Positions 13,506-14,426 of a stretch of 14,426 bases of DNA are shown in pieces. The stretch comes from a virus. A program made the translations under genes and the position numbers. The notes beneath the pieces are model-generated. The model saw only the letters and a program-made list of their open reading frames with translations, was not told the origin of the DNA and did no database searches. The stretch lies in UHGV virus genome UHGV-0061697; one strand, given 5' to 3'. Position 1 is the stretch's first letter. Each line of letters starts with the position of its first letter.

Positions 13506-13748
13506 ATGGATAAAAAGGCATTGCTTTTTGAAATGATACGAAAACGGAGCGAAAAGAGCTTTTCTGATGGTGGTGATGGGTTTGTTTTCGCTTCGATGCT
13601 TGCTTTTGATGTTGGGTTAAATAGCAGAATTGTTAAAAGGATGCTTGATTCTGCTGTCCGTACTGGACTTCTTGAGAAAGTTGATCGTGGCATAGGGAGA
13701 GAGCATAAGTATCGGGCCACACAGCAGTTTACGCAGTTAATTCATTGA
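13506..13748 (+). CDS. Hypothetical protein (80 aa)
   Basis: ORF from track; GGAGGG RBS 4-9 nt upstream of the ATG. Confidence 0.5.
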   Translation: MDKKALLFEMIRKRSEKSFSDGGDGFVFASMLAFDVGLNSRIVKRMLDSAVRTGLLEKVDRGIGREHKYRATQQFTQLIH

Positions 13749-13770
13749 AAATTGACCGTAAAGTTTGAGT

Positions 13771-13798
13771 TTTACCCTGTAATTTTATACAGTATAAA
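13771..13798 (+). promoter_or_regulatory. Candidate SOS-regulated promoter: -35 TTTACC (13771-13776), -10 TATAAA (13793-13798), with a LexA box ccCTGTaattttatACAGta (13775-13794) filling the spacer
   Basis: CTGT-N8-ACAG with an AT-rich spacer matches the E. coli LexA box consensus taCTGTatatatatACAGta. It is the only such site I found in the window. Confidence 0.6.
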
Positions 13799-13830
13799 TA
13801 ACCTTTTTTAGTTAAATGGTATGAGATTTA

Positions 13831-14034
13831 ATGTCTGAAGCAGCCGTATCAACTCTTGAACAACTCGATTCAAATTTAAGAGATATTGACGCCGTTCTGG
13901 ATCTGGTTAGCGTCACCCTGGCTTCTCCAGAAGCCAGCCTACATATTGGTGAGGTTTCACGACTCATCAACATGTCGCGAGAGATTGCCCAGCATTGTCA
14001 GAAAACTATCGCTGTTGAGCGTTCACATCATTGA
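13831..14034 (+). CDS. Small protein (67 aa) downstream of the LexA-box promoter; candidate SOS-induced antirepressor (AntC-like role)
   Basis: ORF from track (MSEAAVSTLEQLDSNLRDIDAVLDLVS...). The functional call is inferred from the LexA box and from N15 biology, not from sequence similarity. Confidence 0.45.
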   Translation: MSEAAVSTLEQLDSNLRDIDAVLDLVSVTLASPEASLHIGEVSRLINMSREIAQHCQKTIAVERSHH

Positions 14035-14076
14035 TGCACACCCCGCCCTTCTGGACGGGGTAGTAAAAGAGTCTAA

Positions 14077-14364
14077 TTAATAAACAGCGCGAATATCGAT
14101 GGTTGCGCCGCAGGCATGAGCATATTTAGCCAAAGTTTTCATACTTGCCCCTAAAGGATTGCTTTCCAGGCGGCTGATGGCTGACGGTCGCAACCCCATT
14201 CGTTCAGCCAGAGCTGATTTCGTTAAACCTGCTCTTTCCCTCATTTCGTATAACATTTCGACCATCTCCAGCTCTTTGTCGGCCTCTTCATATCCTTTGA
14301 CGGCTTCTGGAGTGTTGAGGAGTTTTTCTTTTACTTCGTTAAACGGGATGCCTTTCGCTTTCAT
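14077..14364 (-). CDS. HigA-like antitoxin, XRE-family HTH (95 aa)
   Basis: ORF from track; HTH GLTKSALAERMGLRPSAISRLE. The ATG overlaps the stop of an upstream minus-strand ORF (TGATG) and has AAGGAG upstream. Confidence 0.65.
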   Translation of the reverse strand: MKAKGIPFNEVKEKLLNTPEAVKGYEEADKELEMVEMLYEMRERAGLTKSALAERMGLRPSAISRLESNPLGASMKTLAKYAHACGATIDIRAVY

Positions 14365-14426
14365 CAGTTCATCTCCTTCAGGCGAGTTCTGGCGATTTCG
14401 ATAGCCTTCACCGGTGTTTTCTGTGT
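14364..14426 (-). CDS. 3' end of a HigB/Gp49-like (RelE/ParE superfamily) toxin gene, truncated by the window edge
   Basis: Minus-strand frame open to the window end, translating to ...TQKTPVKAIEIARTRLKEMN*. The TQKTP motif near the C-terminus is as I remember for Gp49-like toxins paired with HTH antitoxins. Only 20 codons are visible. Confidence 0.45.
   Translation of the reverse strand, partial: TQKTPVKAIEIARTRLKEMN

Noticed and set aside
14041-14060. Hairpin ccccgcc-cttctgga-cgggg between the convergent 67-aa gene and HigA-like gene as an intrinsic terminator
   Set aside because: No U-tract follows the stem on either strand, so not a canonical rho-independent terminator; it may still be structural.
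13397-14404. ORFs 13397..13720 (-), 13886..14080 (+) and 14159..14404 (+)
   Set aside because: Overlap better-supported genes (80-aa ORF, 67-aa SOS gene, HigA-like) on the opposite strand or another frame.
1-14426. CRISPR arrays, rRNA, integrase or transposase genes, insertion-sequence inverted repeats
   Set aside because: No spacer-repeat periodicity, no rRNA-like conserved segments, and no ORF with integrase or transposase hallmarks seen; the element appears to rely on a protelomerase rather than integration.

Overview
This window reads as the replication and immunity core of an N15-like linear plasmid-prophage (a 'telomere phage'). All calls come from reading the sequence and ORF track by eye and from remembered protein families; no database search or alignment was run. 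Left to right: a protelomerase gene telN (66..1979, +); an immA-like anti-immunity operon on the minus strand (icd-like, antA-like, and a short BRO-N antirepressor fragment whose 3' end overlaps telN), preceded by a structured leader that may encode a c4/CA-like antisense RNA; four small minus-strand genes that follow repA (one secreted, two membrane); the 1331-aa primase-helicase repA (4103..8098, -); the immB-like switch (cB repressor, operator palindromes, cro, Q-like gene); a run of about ten small, mostly translationally coupled plus-strand genes including a DEDDh exonuclease and a DUF551-like protein; a LexA-box promoter in front of a 67-aa gene; and a HigB/HigA-like toxin-antitoxin pair cut by the right edge. 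No rRNA, tRNA, CRISPR array or transposase was seen. The most notable unexplained signal is a 14-bp palindrome present in three identical copies in dispersed locations. The telomere resolution site (telRL/tos) is not in the window.
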